From Naegleria gruberi (Eukaryota): 64,000 bases of DNA. Under the pieces are notes generated by a model. That model did no database searches. It was not told the origin of the DNA and saw nothing but the letters and a program-made list of their open reading frames with translations. Position 1 is the stretch's first letter; each line of letters begins with the position of its first letter. The stretch is taken from the NCBI GenBank assembly GCA_000004985.1, contig GG738845.1. One strand, 5' to 3'. Below, one piece after another: positions 1-12,264 of the stretch. The position numbers were made by a program, and so were the translations under genes.

Positions 1-188
1 GTAGTGTTTTAATTGATGAACGCCACTTTTATCAACATAGTGATGAAGAGTCTGAGCATGATGAAAAAACTGATTCATCTGTTGAAGACATTCCAGTGGA
101 AATAATAGCTTCCTCTCTTAACAGGGCATCTTATCCAGCCCACAATTTGTAATTGTACATTATGAGAAATTGTTACACAACTATGGAT

Positions 189-898
189 TTATTTAGAGTC
201 ATTTCCAAACACTAATTTTTGATTTAGGATATAATTTTGTTCCTTAACAGGCTGAAGAGTTTTTTTGGCCGATTTTGTAAAGTATGTATGCTTTGTAAGG
301 AAATCCAAATTAGAAATGTGCCATTCTCTTGGTGGGAATGGTTTTTTGTTTACCCTTTCTAATTCAAGTCTTAATGATTCGGATTTCAAAAAGTAAAGAT
401 CAGTTCCTAAATGAGCTAAATCGGCATCACAAATAATTTGGCACAATAAACAATCACCTGGATTTTGTGGTACTTGTGTAGCCATAATACATTTACAAAT
501 TCTATCTATTTGATCTTGAGTGTAACCAAATTGTGGCAAATATTTACGAGCTCTATCTGCTCCAAAAGGTTCATTCTTTGGATATTGATCGAGATATCCA
601 GTATCATGGAACAAGGCAGCAGTTTTTCTATTTAATTGTATTATTATCGGAGGAAGAATATTGTCAGCTGCTCTTAACAGTTTAAAAAAACCTACAAAAT
701 TAATGTATCTTCCTCGTTGAGACCTTCTTCTTGTGCCAATTTAATAGAATAACCAATAACATCTTCAAAAGTGTGATTTATGGAGTGATAGAACAAATTC
801 TTATCCAAAGCTTGCATTTGTTCATGTACAAGTTTGTATGCACCTTCATAGTCTGGCGTGGTAGCTGATGAGGTCATTTTTTGTATCTTTACTCCCAT
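189..898 (-). CDS. HD-domain metal-dependent phosphohydrolase. Two exons, 696..898 and 189..627, with a 68-nt GTAGGT..AATAG intron at 628..695.
   Basis: ORFs 692..898 and 189..614 join across the intron as ..FYHSINHTFEDVIGYSIKLAQEEGLNEEDTLIL|KTAALFHDTGYLDQY.., a canonical H..HD..D motif. Both junctions are anchored on ORF-track frames. The track shows the TTG at 612..614 as M. Confidence 0.65.
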
Positions 899-1129
899 AT
901 AGCGTCAAGCGTTTTTTAATAAGCTGTTGATCAGAATTATTAGAATTATTATTATTTTCTAAGGAGAACTTGATACTGATGAACTTGTCATGTTCAAGAG
1001 GAAGGTGTTAAGGTTGGCACAAGTGAAATAAGTAGATTATTTAAAACAATTTCATGCACTATTTCTATTTAACGTTTGTTTGTAATTCAAAAACTATAAA
1101 TATGAATATTAATAAAATTATTTTTAAAA

Positions 1130-3529
1130 ATGAAGAACACAAGCAGTGGAAGAAACCTGTGTTCGTTGTTGATGAAGAAAAACCATCATCGGGTTACTGC
1201 TTCCAGACTTTCAGGAACCATTTCATCTCTTCACAACAATATATCAACATGGAAAAGTGTTCCTTCCTTCATTAATAACTCTATCACCATGGCTAGTAAT
1301 AATAATAATTGCAAATTCTATAGTATCATCTCCAATAATAATTTACAATCCGACAAGGAAGACAGGGATGATGATTTTATGGATGACAATTTAATTGAAG
1401 GATTTATTGTTGAATATTTTGATAAGAGTAGTAAAACCATCAAATTAGGCTTGTTGGATGAACATGAATCTGTTATTTATCAAGAGAATTTTACAAATGT
1501 TAAAAACAAGGATGTTGTCATTATAGAAAAGTGGTCAAACATGTTGACTACTTTGAATGATTTACGAGAAATTAGAGAAAAGGCTAATTATATGGTATTG
1601 GATGAAACCTATCAAGCAGATTTTGAACTAAGATTGGAAAATCTATTAATTGAAGGATTTACATCTGGAAAGAAATTTTCATCATCAACATTATCGAATG
1701 AATTATTTGAAATTCAAAGTATGATTACCAGATATATTGCTTTTTATTTATTTGAAAATTCTGGATGTTTCAAATATGATACAAGATCCAACAAGTATAT
1801 TGTTATTGAAACAGATTCTAGTCAGATTAGAGTTAAAGATTTTATAAGGAGAGCTAAGAAGCGTATTCAGGAAATTAATGACTTGAAACAAAAGAATGGT
1901 CAAATAGAAAACAATTCACAGCTTCTCAATGCGAATCTTCATACTAAATGGGATCCAATTATTGATGTGCCACTTTTGAGAAAAATGGAGTTTTTCATCC
2001 TTTCCAACTTTTTGAACTCTAAAAACAAGACTATCATTGAATCAATTTTAGAATCTTTCAGATATCCAAAGAATAGACGTGGAGCTGCCCAATTTCTACA
2101 TGCTGTTGGTCATATGCATTTTGAAAAGTCTTCAAATCTCATGGAAGAGAGTATGGACCCAGATTTTGAAAATGTAAAAAATCTCCCATCGATAGTCAAG
2201 CCATTCCCAAACCAAGTTGAAAGTGCTTCTCAAATCATGCTCAAACAAGTTACTTCATTGATTGAAAAGGAAAAGGAAAATATTTCGAGAAGAGACTTAA
2301 GAAAATTGAAATGTATTGCTATTGACGATATTTCTACACAGGCATACGATGATGCTGTCAGTATTGAAAAGACTGTGAATGGATATAAGATTTATATTCA
2401 TGTTTGTGATGTTTCCTCATTTATTACTAAGAATGATGCCCTTGAAACAGAATCTCGTTCCAGAGTTAAAACAATCTATGGAAAGAATGGTGTCCGTTTA
2501 ATGTTGCATCCTTGTGCTATCAGAGCTATCACGCTTTCACCAGAGAGAGAAAACCTAGGGTTCACTCTTGAACTCAGTCTTATAAAGAGTGGCTCAGAAC
2601 TTAAATTGGACAAGTATGAATTTTACAAATCCATTCTTCCAAAGGTTGAAATATTCACTTATAACACTGTAGACTCACTCTTCAATCAATTTGTAAAGAA
2701 AAAGATGGGCAACAAGTCAACTGATATGGATCAATCTCATCAATTGCTGATAGAAATGCTTCATATTTCAATCAATGTAGATAAGAGTTTGAATTTGGGG
2801 TTAATTTCCAAAACAAAATCAACTCCTGCTCACGATACTGTTGCAATTATTATGAGTATTGCCAATAGTGTCTTGGCTGCTCACATCAAGCAAGTAGATA
2901 TACAAAATCTATTCCCACAATCCAATTCATACTATAGATTTACTTCTCCTATGAGAAGGTATGCTGATTTGGTTACCCACATCCAATATAACTCATTACT
3001 GAACAATAGCAAGGAGCCTATCTATTCAGATAAGGAAATTAAGAATATTTGTACAGAAATTCAATCATTTGAAAAGGATATTTTGGAAACTCAACTAATG
3101 ATGGATAAGAAAAAGAGAGATTTGGCAACATCAAAAAATAAGAATCAATCGGTCAATAATAGCAATCAAAAGCAATCCAATAAGGTGATTGGTAAGGTTG
3201 TTAAAAAGAGAAAGGGTATGAGCTCTGTTTACATCCCATCTATGGATAAAACAATTTCTCTTCACTTGGTTGAATTTGACGAAGTGAAAATGATAGAGCT
3301 ATTGTCTGGCATTCTTCCCGAAACTGAAAAATCATCAATGGATATGCTTGGATGGCCTGCCCTTACTAAGAAAATGAAGGAAAATAGATCTCCAAATGAT
3401 ATTATGGAAGGTTCCAAAGTTGTCTTGAACATCAAACACATTGAATATTACGAAAACGATACTTACAAACCAAAGGTTATTGTTGCTGAACATTGTTTTG
3501 AAGAAAAGGTTGACAATTATACCATTTAA
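1130..3529 (+). CDS. RNB-domain 3'-5' exoribonuclease of the RNase II/R/Dis3 family
   Basis: Single 799-aa ORF. RNB motifs are present: IAIDDISTQAYDDAVSIEK..KIYIHVCDVSSFI and the C-terminal FTSPMRRYADLVTHIQ. The N-terminus is N-rich and the true start Met is uncertain. Confidence 0.75.
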   Translation: MKNTSSGRNLCSLLMKKNHHRVTASRLSGTISSLHNNISTWKSVPSFINNSITMASNNNNCKFYSIISNNNLQSDKEDRDDDFMDDNLIEGFIVEYFDKSSKTIKLGLLDEHESVIYQENFTNVKNKDVVIIEKWSNMLTTLNDLREIREKANYMVLDETYQADFELRLENLLIEGFTSGKKFSSSTLSNELFEIQSMITRYIAFYLFENSGCFKYDTRSNKYIVIETDSSQIRVKDFIRRAKKRIQEINDLKQKNGQIENNSQLLNANLHTKWDPIIDVPLLRKMEFFILSNFLNSKNKTIIESILESFRYPKNRRGAAQFLHAVGHMHFEKSSNLMEESMDPDFENVKNLPSIVKPFPNQVESASQIMLKQVTSLIEKEKENISRRDLRKLKCIAIDDISTQAYDDAVSIEKTVNGYKIYIHVCDVSSFITKNDALETESRSRVKTIYGKNGVRLMLHPCAIRAITLSPERENLGFTLELSLIKSGSELKLDKYEFYKSILPKVEIFTYNTVDSLFNQFVKKKMGNKSTDMDQSHQLLIEMLHISINVDKSLNLGLISKTKSTPAHDTVAIIMSIANSVLAAHIKQVDIQNLFPQSNSYYRFTSPMRRYADLVTHIQYNSLLNNSKEPIYSDKEIKNICTEIQSFEKDILETQLMMDKKKRDLATSKNKNQSVNNSNQKQSNKVIGKVVKKRKGMSSVYIPSMDKTISLHLVEFDEVKMIELLSGILPETEKSSMDMLGWPALTKKMKENRSPNDIMEGSKVVLNIKHIEYYENDTYKPKVIVAEHCFEEKVDNYTI

Positions 3530-3646
3530 TTAAAATTTTAATTTTTTACCCACCCTTTCTAATAAATTAATAAATCCAAGTTGAAACCTGAGCTATTACA
3601 TAAATCCATGTGAAGGCTCTCCTGTCAATATTTCCTCCATCCAGGA

Positions 3647-6624
3647 TTATAGTTTTCGTTTAATGGTTCCTGGGTTAGATATTTCAATCAAATCTCTAAA
3701 GCAAAGAGCTCGCACCTGAACATTGAATAGAGATTGTAGTTTAGAATCATCCTTCTTTGCTTTTTTCATTTGTGCAAATCTCTCCAACCATTCAGCCACT
3801 TCAATTTCATACCTTACATTCATTTTACATTGTTCCAAGGTGTTTTTTGCCATGTACAAGTCTGGTGTTTCATGTTTTTCTTTTGTATTGTCACATAGGA
3901 ATAGAGTTGGATGGTAAAAGGCTAGATTGTACTCATAGCCTTCCCTCTTTGTGAGAGGTCTGATGAATTGATTGAGAGATTGTCCTTTCATAGGTTGAAT
4001 GAAAAATAATTCATTGAGCACCAACTTTTCGATCCATGGCCTTTTCGAATATTCTTTCGTATTGATGGAAATGAATTCGGTTTGATATATCGTAGAAGGA
4101 CTTGTAAACATGTCCGTAAATAGAGTTTTGAGCTTGCTTTGGACCTTCTTCCATGTTTCTTGAGAGATTTGTTCTGATGTTTCTGCTGTATCGATCTGAG
4201 AGGAGAGAATTGACTTTCTCTTTTGCTTTCTACCTTTGAAAATCGTTTCATCTTTGTATGTAGAGCAACATCCCTCACAATAATACTTGATAATGGTGTT
4301 GACTTCCTCTGGTGTAATGTCAATACATGAAAAGTGATAGTGATTTCTGCATCTTTCACACATAACCATTTCATTGGTTTTCCAAGATCCTCCACATTTA
4401 CAAAAAGTATTCTTCTTTCTTTTAGAGACTGATTTACCGGATTGGTGCTCTTTCAAAGCTTTACAATATTTACAATTAAATGCTCGTTTTTCACTGTAAT
4501 CAGTGGCCTTTTCCCCTACACATTTGCAGTGATACCAAATCTCACAACTCTCACACTGTATCATATCATCTCTTGAGCTATCATATATACCTCTACAGAA
4601 ACAATAATTTGTATCTTGTTGTTCAGTTCTAACACAAGTATTACAGTGGAAGGTTTTGGAAGGTGGGTTGTGAACTCCAACGCATGATTTGTGGAATACA
4701 TTATTGCAAAGATTACACTCAACCTTATCTCTTGGCTTGAGCTCGAGTTGACAAAAACAACTAGTCTTAGATTTGGGAATGAGTTGTTTTGGATCAAATT
4801 CTTCCTCATCGTCAGACATGTACTTAGCTGATTCAGAATTGGATTGGAATTGCTTTGTAAGATAATTCATTGTTTCTAGCGGTAAACTACTACTATCACC
4901 ACTGCTGATTAATTGTTCAGCAGTGGTATCGCTTGTTTGAATAGTTACATCTTTGAAAATGGAAGATAATGTATTATATTCCTCTTCAAATAGACCTTGG
5001 TTGCTTCTTATTTCATCAATTTTGACTTGCCAACAAGCTAAAAAGTCAACAATGTTTTCCTTTGGTATATCACCTCTATTATTGTTGGCATCATAAAGAA
5101 AAATATGATTAACTTACTTTAGTGCTGTAATAATCTTCTTGAACCAAGATTGCTCTTTGAAACTTCTTGGAGAAATAATGGACTGATGGATAATTAGGAC
5201 AAGATCGTCATTCTTCTCTTCACCAATTATTTCCAAGGTTTGTTTAACATTTTGCTCTTTAAAAACCAAGCAACGCAGGGCTATTTCGATCAATTCAACA
5301 ATGAGAGGATGAATGTAAAAGAAAAATCTGAATTGAGTTATACAGGGACTTATATCTTCTTCAGTAACATTGTTTCCACTTTAAACAACAACATTCTTAT
5401 CCAAACATTGATAAGGCTATTAACTTACAATTTCGATTTTACAGAAGGTAATGATTTCAATAGTGGCAATAACTCTTTAGAAAAGAGAATTTGTAAACAT
5501 TTTTCGTCTGGTAATGTGAAAAAAGCTCTAGTAAAAATAGAGAGTGGGCAATAGTGGAAATGTCTAGTATACAAATGCTATTCCATTTCAATAATTTCAG
5601 TAATCACATTGAAACTTACCTTGAGAGAGTTGGAAAAATGTTTGAGGGATGTAAAATCGTTCATTAAAAATTTCAAAACTTCATAGCTAGGTCTTAAATT
5701 AACATTGAAATTTTTCTGAATAAAGAGATCATTGGTACATTTCAAAAATAGTGGCTTTGCTAATGATTGAGTTTTGAACGTTTTGATTTGAAATCTGCTC
5801 AACTGTTGTACAATATTAGTTTGTTCAATTAAAAATAGTTTAACTTACATCAACATTCATCCCTTCCAAAATATCAACTCCCTTCTCATCCACTCTCAAG
5901 ATATTAATGATTGGAAATCTTGAAGAATATGATGAACACAACTCTAACCATTTTCCAATTTGAGGTACATTGTGAGTATTCTCGAAAACAAATACGATTG
6001 CCTTCTTTCCACCAGGTGAAGAATATGTCATTTCTTTAAGGGCGTCGGGTAATCCAAATACTTTGTTTGTATACTTTTGTGCAATTAGTGTCAATAGAGC
6101 TTTTAAGGTTGGAAACATTGTCTCTGATCTGAAAATGCAAACATGAAATCCGTCCAATTTTTGTCCTTTTTTTGGAGCTTCTTCCTCATAATCTTCATAG
6201 TCCTCGTATTCATCATATTCGTCATCATATTCCACATATGAATCTCTAATGAAAAATGATTCCATTAATTTGTCTATTATTTCGAAACAATTAACATTCG
6301 AAATGTGACATTTAACCTACTTGTTGTTGTTTTCAAAATGATTACAGGTGAAATACATTTACTCAAGCCTTTATCAAATCTTTCTGCAATATCCTGTAAC
6401 TCTTCAATAATTAACTCTTCAGTGTGGGTATTTTCTTCAGCACTTGCCTTTCTATTGATAAACTCTTCCACATTATGAATTGATGAATCTATAATTTTCT
6501 GATATTTATCATGTTTTAAAAAGTCCTTTCTTGCCTCCGATAAGTCTTGTTCTTCAAGAATCAACTTCTTCTTGTGTGATCTCCGCCTAGAACGAACAGG
6601 TATTGTCAAAGAGTTGTTTATCAT
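3647..6624 (-). CDS. Multi-exon gene encoding a protein with three C-terminal PHD-type zinc fingers. Proposed exons: 6363..6624, 5849..6273, 5620..5802, 5429..5472 (microexon), 5118..5327, 3647..5075.
   Basis: The 407-aa ORF 3647..4870 has three Cys4-His-Cys3 fingers: CFCQLELKP..CNLCNNVFHKSCV, CFCRGIYD..CESCEIWYHCKCV and CKCGGSWK..CERCRNHYHFSCI. The reading frame continues upstream through exons bounded by repeated GTAAGTT donors, which appear as aacttac at 5111-5117, 5421-5427, 5613-5619 and 5843-5848. Exon frames were checked against ORFs 5578..5802, 5840..6265 and 6277..6624. The N-terminal part contains an acidic tract, EYDDEYDEYEDYEDYEEE. Confidence 0.55.
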
Positions 6625-6653
6625 TTTTTTAAAAACTAATTTTTTGAATAAAT

Positions 6654-6662
6654 TTTGGCGGG
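6654..6662 (-). promoter_or_regulatory. E2F-like motif CCCGCCAAA on the minus strand, about 30-38 bp upstream of the PHD-finger gene ATG at 6624
   Basis: Seen on the plus strand as aaattttggcgggtaaaac. It lies in the 66-bp gap between the exonuclease gene stop and the PHD-finger gene start. Confidence 0.45.
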
Positions 6663-6690
6663 TAAAACATTATTGTTGCTTCCAAGAAAA

Positions 6691-8343
6691 CTATTGAGTA
6701 TTGAACTTTATTGGAATGTTGTACTTGTTGGAAATGTGATCCTCATAGTGATGATGACCTGAATCGAAAAATTCCATCAGATTTTCCTTCACTCGTTTAG
6801 ATCTCTCCTCAATTTGTTGTTCAAAGTTTGGAATTTGCATCTTGATTCTGAAAAGATTACTTGCTGGATTTGAGATATGTTTGAAAAAGTAATAACCTGC
6901 CAGTACATCAAGGGCAGCATATTCAATTCTTATGTTTCCTTTGGATGTTGAGGGCCTCATATCTTTTGGATTCCAAATCAAATCATTGTACTTTAAATTA
7001 TTTTCAAATTTGTGATAAATCTTTGGTGCACAGAAGGAGAATAGTTTTTGTAGACCTAATACTAGAGGATCACCTTCAACCCATCCATGTTCGTTCACAT
7101 TCAGGTCGGTTTGCAGGTTTGAATCAACTAATTGTTCATGCTTGTGATGTTGCAACCAATTATTGACCTTTTTAATGTCACCACTCAATGAATAACCAAT
7201 TTTCAAAATTTTTGGACTTCGAAAGAAATCGAGAAGGAATTTAGGAATGGGCTGTTTAAAATCAATTAGTAACACAAGACATACATCCAATGTCGATATT
7301 TGTAAGAGTCTGATACCGTGATCATTTTCATCATTGAAATTCCATTCTGTATCAACAACAAAAATTGAAGATTGATCTGCTGTATCCATGAATGAGTTCC
7401 AAATTCTCTTTTCCAATTTGCTCAATCTAGAGACAATTATCAGCTTGTCAGAATAGTCCAAATGAGTTAGAGATGTTCCAACCAGATGTTTCTTTTCTGG
7501 AATTGCTGATAATTTTTGTTTAATGTCTGTATTCCAAACTGAGAATCCATTCTTTGTTTTCTTTTTCAAATATAATTCATTATTATCCAACAAACCAGAA
7601 ATATATTCCACAAATTTAGAACGGTCGAGACCAAAATAATTAGTATTAGAGTAGACATTGCCAATATTAAAACATGCATCACCACTATTTACATTGAAAA
7701 TTCCCACAAATGAAGAGCAAATCTGTCCAAACAATCGATCCTTAAACTCTTGGCTTGTATTATCCTTTTTGGAAAAGAATGGTGCGATTTTTTTGCAAAC
7801 AATGGTGTCATCTTGAATTTCAGTAATATTGAGCTCTTTGGAATGTTGCTCAACAAATGTTTTGCTTAATAAATAATGTAATCTAGGTAGAATTTGTTTA
7901 AGTTTTGTTGTCATTTCTTTCATAGAACATGAGACAATTCCCTTCTCTTCTTTTCCACAATATTTTAAATAGTTGAAAATAAAAATTACTAATTGTGTAT
8001 CATCACTGCCATAAATTGTGTCAATAATTCTTTTAACAGTAGCAAGTTTATGCAATTCCTTCTTTCCTAATCTCTTTTCCGAGTCGTTTACATCCTCAGT
8101 AGCAACTAAGTCGATATCTTTTTCAAGTACAAAAGATGATGTTATTTGTTCATCCCTTTCATTCTTTTCCTCCGAAGTATGCTTTTTCTTTTTTGTTTTA
8201 GGTTCCAATTTATGTGGTTTTTCTTGTTGTTTAATTTGTGTTGATGATTTTTTCTTCTTATCTTTGTTATGTTGTTTCGATGATGAAGAATTGTTTCCCT
8301 TTTTCAACAGTTGGGATTTAACTTCCTCTCTTCCTCTTTTCAT
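6691..8343 (-). CDS. Protein with a DEDDy-type 3'-5' exonuclease domain (WRN-exo or Mut-7/EXD-like) and a Lys-rich N-terminus
   Basis: 550-aa ORF. Exo I is VVDTEWNF, Exo II is ILKIGYSLSGDIKKV and Exo III is EYAALDVLAGYY. The basic N-terminal region, KKGNNSSSSKQHNKDKKKK, looks like an NLS. Confidence 0.65.
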   Translation of the reverse strand: MKRGREEVKSQLLKKGNNSSSSKQHNKDKKKKSSTQIKQQEKPHKLEPKTKKKKHTSEEKNERDEQITSSFVLEKDIDLVATEDVNDSEKRLGKKELHKLATVKRIIDTIYGSDDTQLVIFIFNYLKYCGKEEKGIVSCSMKEMTTKLKQILPRLHYLLSKTFVEQHSKELNITEIQDDTIVCKKIAPFFSKKDNTSQEFKDRLFGQICSSFVGIFNVNSGDACFNIGNVYSNTNYFGLDRSKFVEYISGLLDNNELYLKKKTKNGFSVWNTDIKQKLSAIPEKKHLVGTSLTHLDYSDKLIIVSRLSKLEKRIWNSFMDTADQSSIFVVDTEWNFNDENDHGIRLLQISTLDVCLVLLIDFKQPIPKFLLDFFRSPKILKIGYSLSGDIKKVNNWLQHHKHEQLVDSNLQTDLNVNEHGWVEGDPLVLGLQKLFSFCAPKIYHKFENNLKYNDLIWNPKDMRPSTSKGNIRIEYAALDVLAGYYFFKHISNPASNLFRIKMQIPNFEQQIEERSKRVKENLMEFFDSGHHHYEDHISNKYNIPIKFNTQ

Positions 8344-8376
8344 TTTTTTTGATGAAGTTGACTTTGAAAAGTTTTA

Positions 8377-9159
8377 TTAGGCACATTTTTCAATAAATTG
8401 TGCATCTATTATGTAATCATCGTCGAATGTTTTCTTTTTGGATTTAGACTTTTTCTTTTTCGATTTTTTCAAACCTGAACTGTTTCTAGTTGTTTCTTCA
8501 GTGAATTCCTGATCCTCACCAAAGGATGATTCGAAATTTTCTTGGTCATTAGTGGATTCACTTTCTTGTTTTCTAATCATGATACAAATACCTTCTGCTC
8601 CATCATATTCAGAACGTTCTACATTGAGATCTGTTATGTGAGGTTTAGCCTCAATTTTAGCACCTTCTGGTAATGGAACTCGTCTGTGAAATGTCACAGA
8701 CTCCATCATGCCACTCAAAGGTTTGAGTTTACCCTTTACAACCAGGCAATTTTCATCTATTGAAACTTGAGCTCTCTTTTTTGATAAACCTGGACAAGTT
8801 ACAACTAATTCAAAATGATCGTTTTCCTCATGCCAATTAATAGCAACCGAGTCATGGTTTTGATGTTCTTGTTCATAGACAAAAGCTTGTTTTAGCATTT
8901 CGGGAGCCATTCCTAAAATTGGATGTTCAAAATACATCATATCCTCACTAGGTCCATCTCTTATTCCTTGTTGTTGAATTATTTGAAATGGATCCATAGA
9001 AAATATATCTTCTATGGATCGTCTCTTTTTCAAGCTACTTGATTTTTTCTTTTTTGCCATTAATTTTTGTCCTATTGAAAAACTTCTATTATTCATAATC
9101 GTACATCCAAGCTGTTCTCCGATAAAACGACTTTTAGACAAGTTGTGTAATTTTAGCAT
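8377..9159 (-). CDS. Small heat-shock protein with an HSP20/alpha-crystallin domain
   Basis: The alpha-crystallin-domain pattern is present: INWHEENDHFELVVTCPGLSKKRAQVSIDENCLVVKGKL...VTFHRRVPLPEGAKIEAKPHITDLNVE. Which Met is the true start is uncertain. Confidence 0.55.
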   Translation of the reverse strand: MLKLHNLSKSRFIGEQLGCTIMNNRSFSIGQKLMAKKKKSSSLKKRRSIEDIFSMDPFQIIQQQGIRDGPSEDMMYFEHPILGMAPEMLKQAFVYEQEHQNHDSVAINWHEENDHFELVVTCPGLSKKRAQVSIDENCLVVKGKLKPLSGMMESVTFHRRVPLPEGAKIEAKPHITDLNVERSEYDGAEGICIMIRKQESESTNDQENFESSFGEDQEFTEETTRNSSGLKKSKKKKSKSKKKTFDDDYIIDAQFIEKCA

Positions 9160-9263
9160 TTTTTTTGAATATTTAATATAATTAAATTTAGAATGAAAAA
9201 AATTAGAACCAATAATTTTTGGTTACCATTTAGAAATGGTTAAAATAATTTTCATCTCAATCT

Positions 9264-12111
9264 CTAGAGAAACTCTAACATTAATTCGTTTTCTTCTGGC
9301 AATGGAGCAATTCTGAAAGCCTTGACATGCATTGCTAAAGTTCTATCTGTTGTAAGGTAGTGTTCATTGATGTGAGCTAGGAGGTATAAAAGAAATTCTT
9401 CTAGAATAAATTCAGAACCATGTTGTTTGAATTCATCATGCAATTCATAAATAATTTCAATGAATTTTTCATGCTCCTTGAAATGTTCTTCCAACAAGTC
9501 GTTTTTAAGTAAGCATTCAATAAAGAGTCGTCTTTCTGCTTCAAAGGATTCTTGTAATGATTCAATGGCATCTTCCAAAATATAAATCCCAATATTCCAC
9601 TCCACTAGAGACACATTCTTGTTGGCTTTTGCCATTCTGAAAATTGATTTGGTCAAGTTATTAATTGTATCGAATAATTTCATGTAGCAAGTATCAATAA
9701 CACCTAAATTATAACCCAACTGATTAGTCCAAGCAATCAATTGTTCTCTAGGCAACACTGTAAGATTATTAATGGTTACCAAGTGTTGAGATTGTGTTGA
9801 GGTTGGTATTGTTCCACTCACAACATTACTTCCTCCATTCAGGTTATTACTTGCTGAGGAACCAGCTGTTGAACCATTTAGAACAGCACTGAAATCATCC
9901 ATAGATGAAGTCTGTCTGTGTGGAGTGGCAGATCCACTACTTTGACCGCTTTCTCCTCTATTTTTTGTAATCTTCTTGAATAGTCCAGCAAATCGATTAG
10001 AATCCTTGGTATCATCATTAATGATAATTCCCATTTCTTTTGCAACTTTCTTGCATGATTTGTGTTGCTTGTTTTGAATTTTTACATTGGCACCTCCAAT
10101 AGTAATCAAGAGATTGGAAGTTGATGGATTATTCAATTTCAATGAGAGATGAAGCCCCGTATCACCATCATTATTTTGTTCATCAATAGACATTTCATTA
10201 CTTGATATCAAAACCCAAAAGAATGCCTCATTGGGAATATCATGATTGTACAGGTAGCATTTTGAAGCAGAGAATGGAATGTGTACTGGTGTATTAGTAA
10301 TATTACTGCTATTATCTCCATAATACGATGGAGAATCACTGCTACTATTGCTGTTATTATCTGCACTGCCTGTTGAATCATTTTCATTACTGTTTTGGAA
10401 GGAGAAATTATTATTGACAGTTGGCGTTGAAATAATAGTTGCAGAATCAATTGGTTCACTTCCACTATTTGGTGTAATAATATTTGAGTTGACAACATTG
10501 GAGATGGAATTACCAACCAAGTTGACTGTATAGTGAAGAACAGTATTTCCCTTAACTCTATCTTTGAAATTTAAAAAGGCCTGAATTCTATCTAATGGTA
10601 TGAATTGAATTAAAATGCAAAACGAAATGAAATAACCCTGTTGAGCACATATATGAAGGAGAGTTTTGCCTAGTTGATCATCAGATCGAATCCATCTCTG
10701 AAACTCATCCAATGCATAATTTTTACAGAACCAATCACACAATTTGAACAACAATGAAGGGAATGGAAGTGAGCAGAATAGACAATTTTCCTCGAATCGG
10801 TTCTTTGTTGCAATGTTAATATTTGGCTGTTTAAGAATGAATTGAACTCGAGGCCAATCGTTCGATTCACATGCATCGTGTAAAATGGTATTTCCTCTCT
10901 TTCCCTTAAAATTGACATCAGCTCCAAACAGAATAAGAGCATCTGCTGTTTCAAAAAACCCTCCCGACAAGGCTATACCTAATGGAAAATTTTCATAAGC
11001 ATCACGAATATTAACTTGAGCTCCTTTTGATGCCAGAACATGACAGGCATCAGTGTGTCCATGAGCACTTGCTAAGAAAATTGGAGTACTATCCGATTTG
11101 TCAACAATATTAGGATTAGCTCCATACTTGTCAATTAAATATTCAATAATATGAGTATGACCAAATCTTGAAGCAATATGTAATAGTGATCTATCATTCT
11201 TTGTCTTGTCTCTAAATATTTGATTAATATCAAATAGTATGCCACCTCCTCCACCACTAGAAAATGAAGTATTTGACGGAACAAATAGGGATGTTGAATT
11301 GCTACTGGTAGAATTACCACCAGATGGTGACGAAGAGCCACCACTAGCCACTCTAGGTGAAATTGGATAAGTATTGTTTTTAATTGAATCCAGTAATCGA
11401 ACCAATTCATCCAAATACCCATACTCAATGCAGGCCAATACACGTTGTTCCATTGATAATTTAACATGTTCAAAATCTATTAATTGATCTCCTAATTATT
11501 ATTCAAAGTATTAACATGTGAATGTTGAATTAGATAGACATACCTGTATATAAATTATTTCCCAAATGTGGAGCTTCTAAAGTTAACAAAATTGGAGAGG
11601 ATCCAATTTCCAAATCATTCAGTTTAATCATGATGGATGGATTTGAATCTTTCAACCTATCATTTTGATGATTATCTGTAATATTTTCATCACAATCCAA
11701 TTTCTCTCCAAATTCATGGTAATGCATCTGCTGATTTTGAGAAGAGGAATCACTGAGTTGTGTGTCTTCTTGTTTCTTGTTGATTTTTTCATATTTTTCA
11801 CTTAGAATTTCACTACTCAGTGAGTGAACGCTCATATTTTCTATGAGCATTAAATCATCAGATTTTAATCTGTGATATGGAATGGTATTGTCCCCTAGCA
11901 TACACCTCCTAATACAATACAAGTCAAAGTGATATTTACATAGTGTTTTAATGGAGTGTTTTCCGGAAATTAGATTGTAATGAATGCTACTGGTACTTGA
12001 GAGAGATGTTAAATTATTATTGTTTGATGATGAGATGTTCATTGATGAAGAGGAAGGAAAAAGATTGGCAGATGATGAGTGTGGAGATGGTTGAGACATT
12101 TTTTGTAACAT
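9264..12111 (-). CDS. Ankyrin-repeat protein. Two exons, 11544..12111 and 9264..11491, with a 52-nt GTATGT..TTAG intron.
   Basis: Ankyrin repeats are present: LLHIASRFGHTHIIEYLIDKYGANPN, TPIFLASAHGHTDACHVLASKGAQVN and GNTILHDACESNDW. ORF 11530..12111 ends ..LEAPHLGNNLYTG at a GTATGT donor. The acceptor joins in frame to ..DQLIDFEHVKLSMEQRVLA of ORF 9264..11453. The Ser/Asn-rich linker is low complexity. Confidence 0.7.
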
Positions 12112-12264
12112 TTGACATGATGAATGGTGGGCATTGGTAACTTATATGATAATAAACATTTGTACAACACCAACAAACAATTCTCTTAAAAAATAAGGTA
12201 TTGCAATACTCTTTTGTTGTTTCGAAGAAAACTCAAATAATCTTTTTATTAATATCAATCAATG

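Noticed and set aside
3988-4395. A 135-aa ORF on the same strand but in another frame inside the PHD-finger exon.
   Set aside because: It overlaps a clearly conserved zinc-finger reading frame and is Lys/Arg-rich with no motif. It is an alternative-frame artefact.
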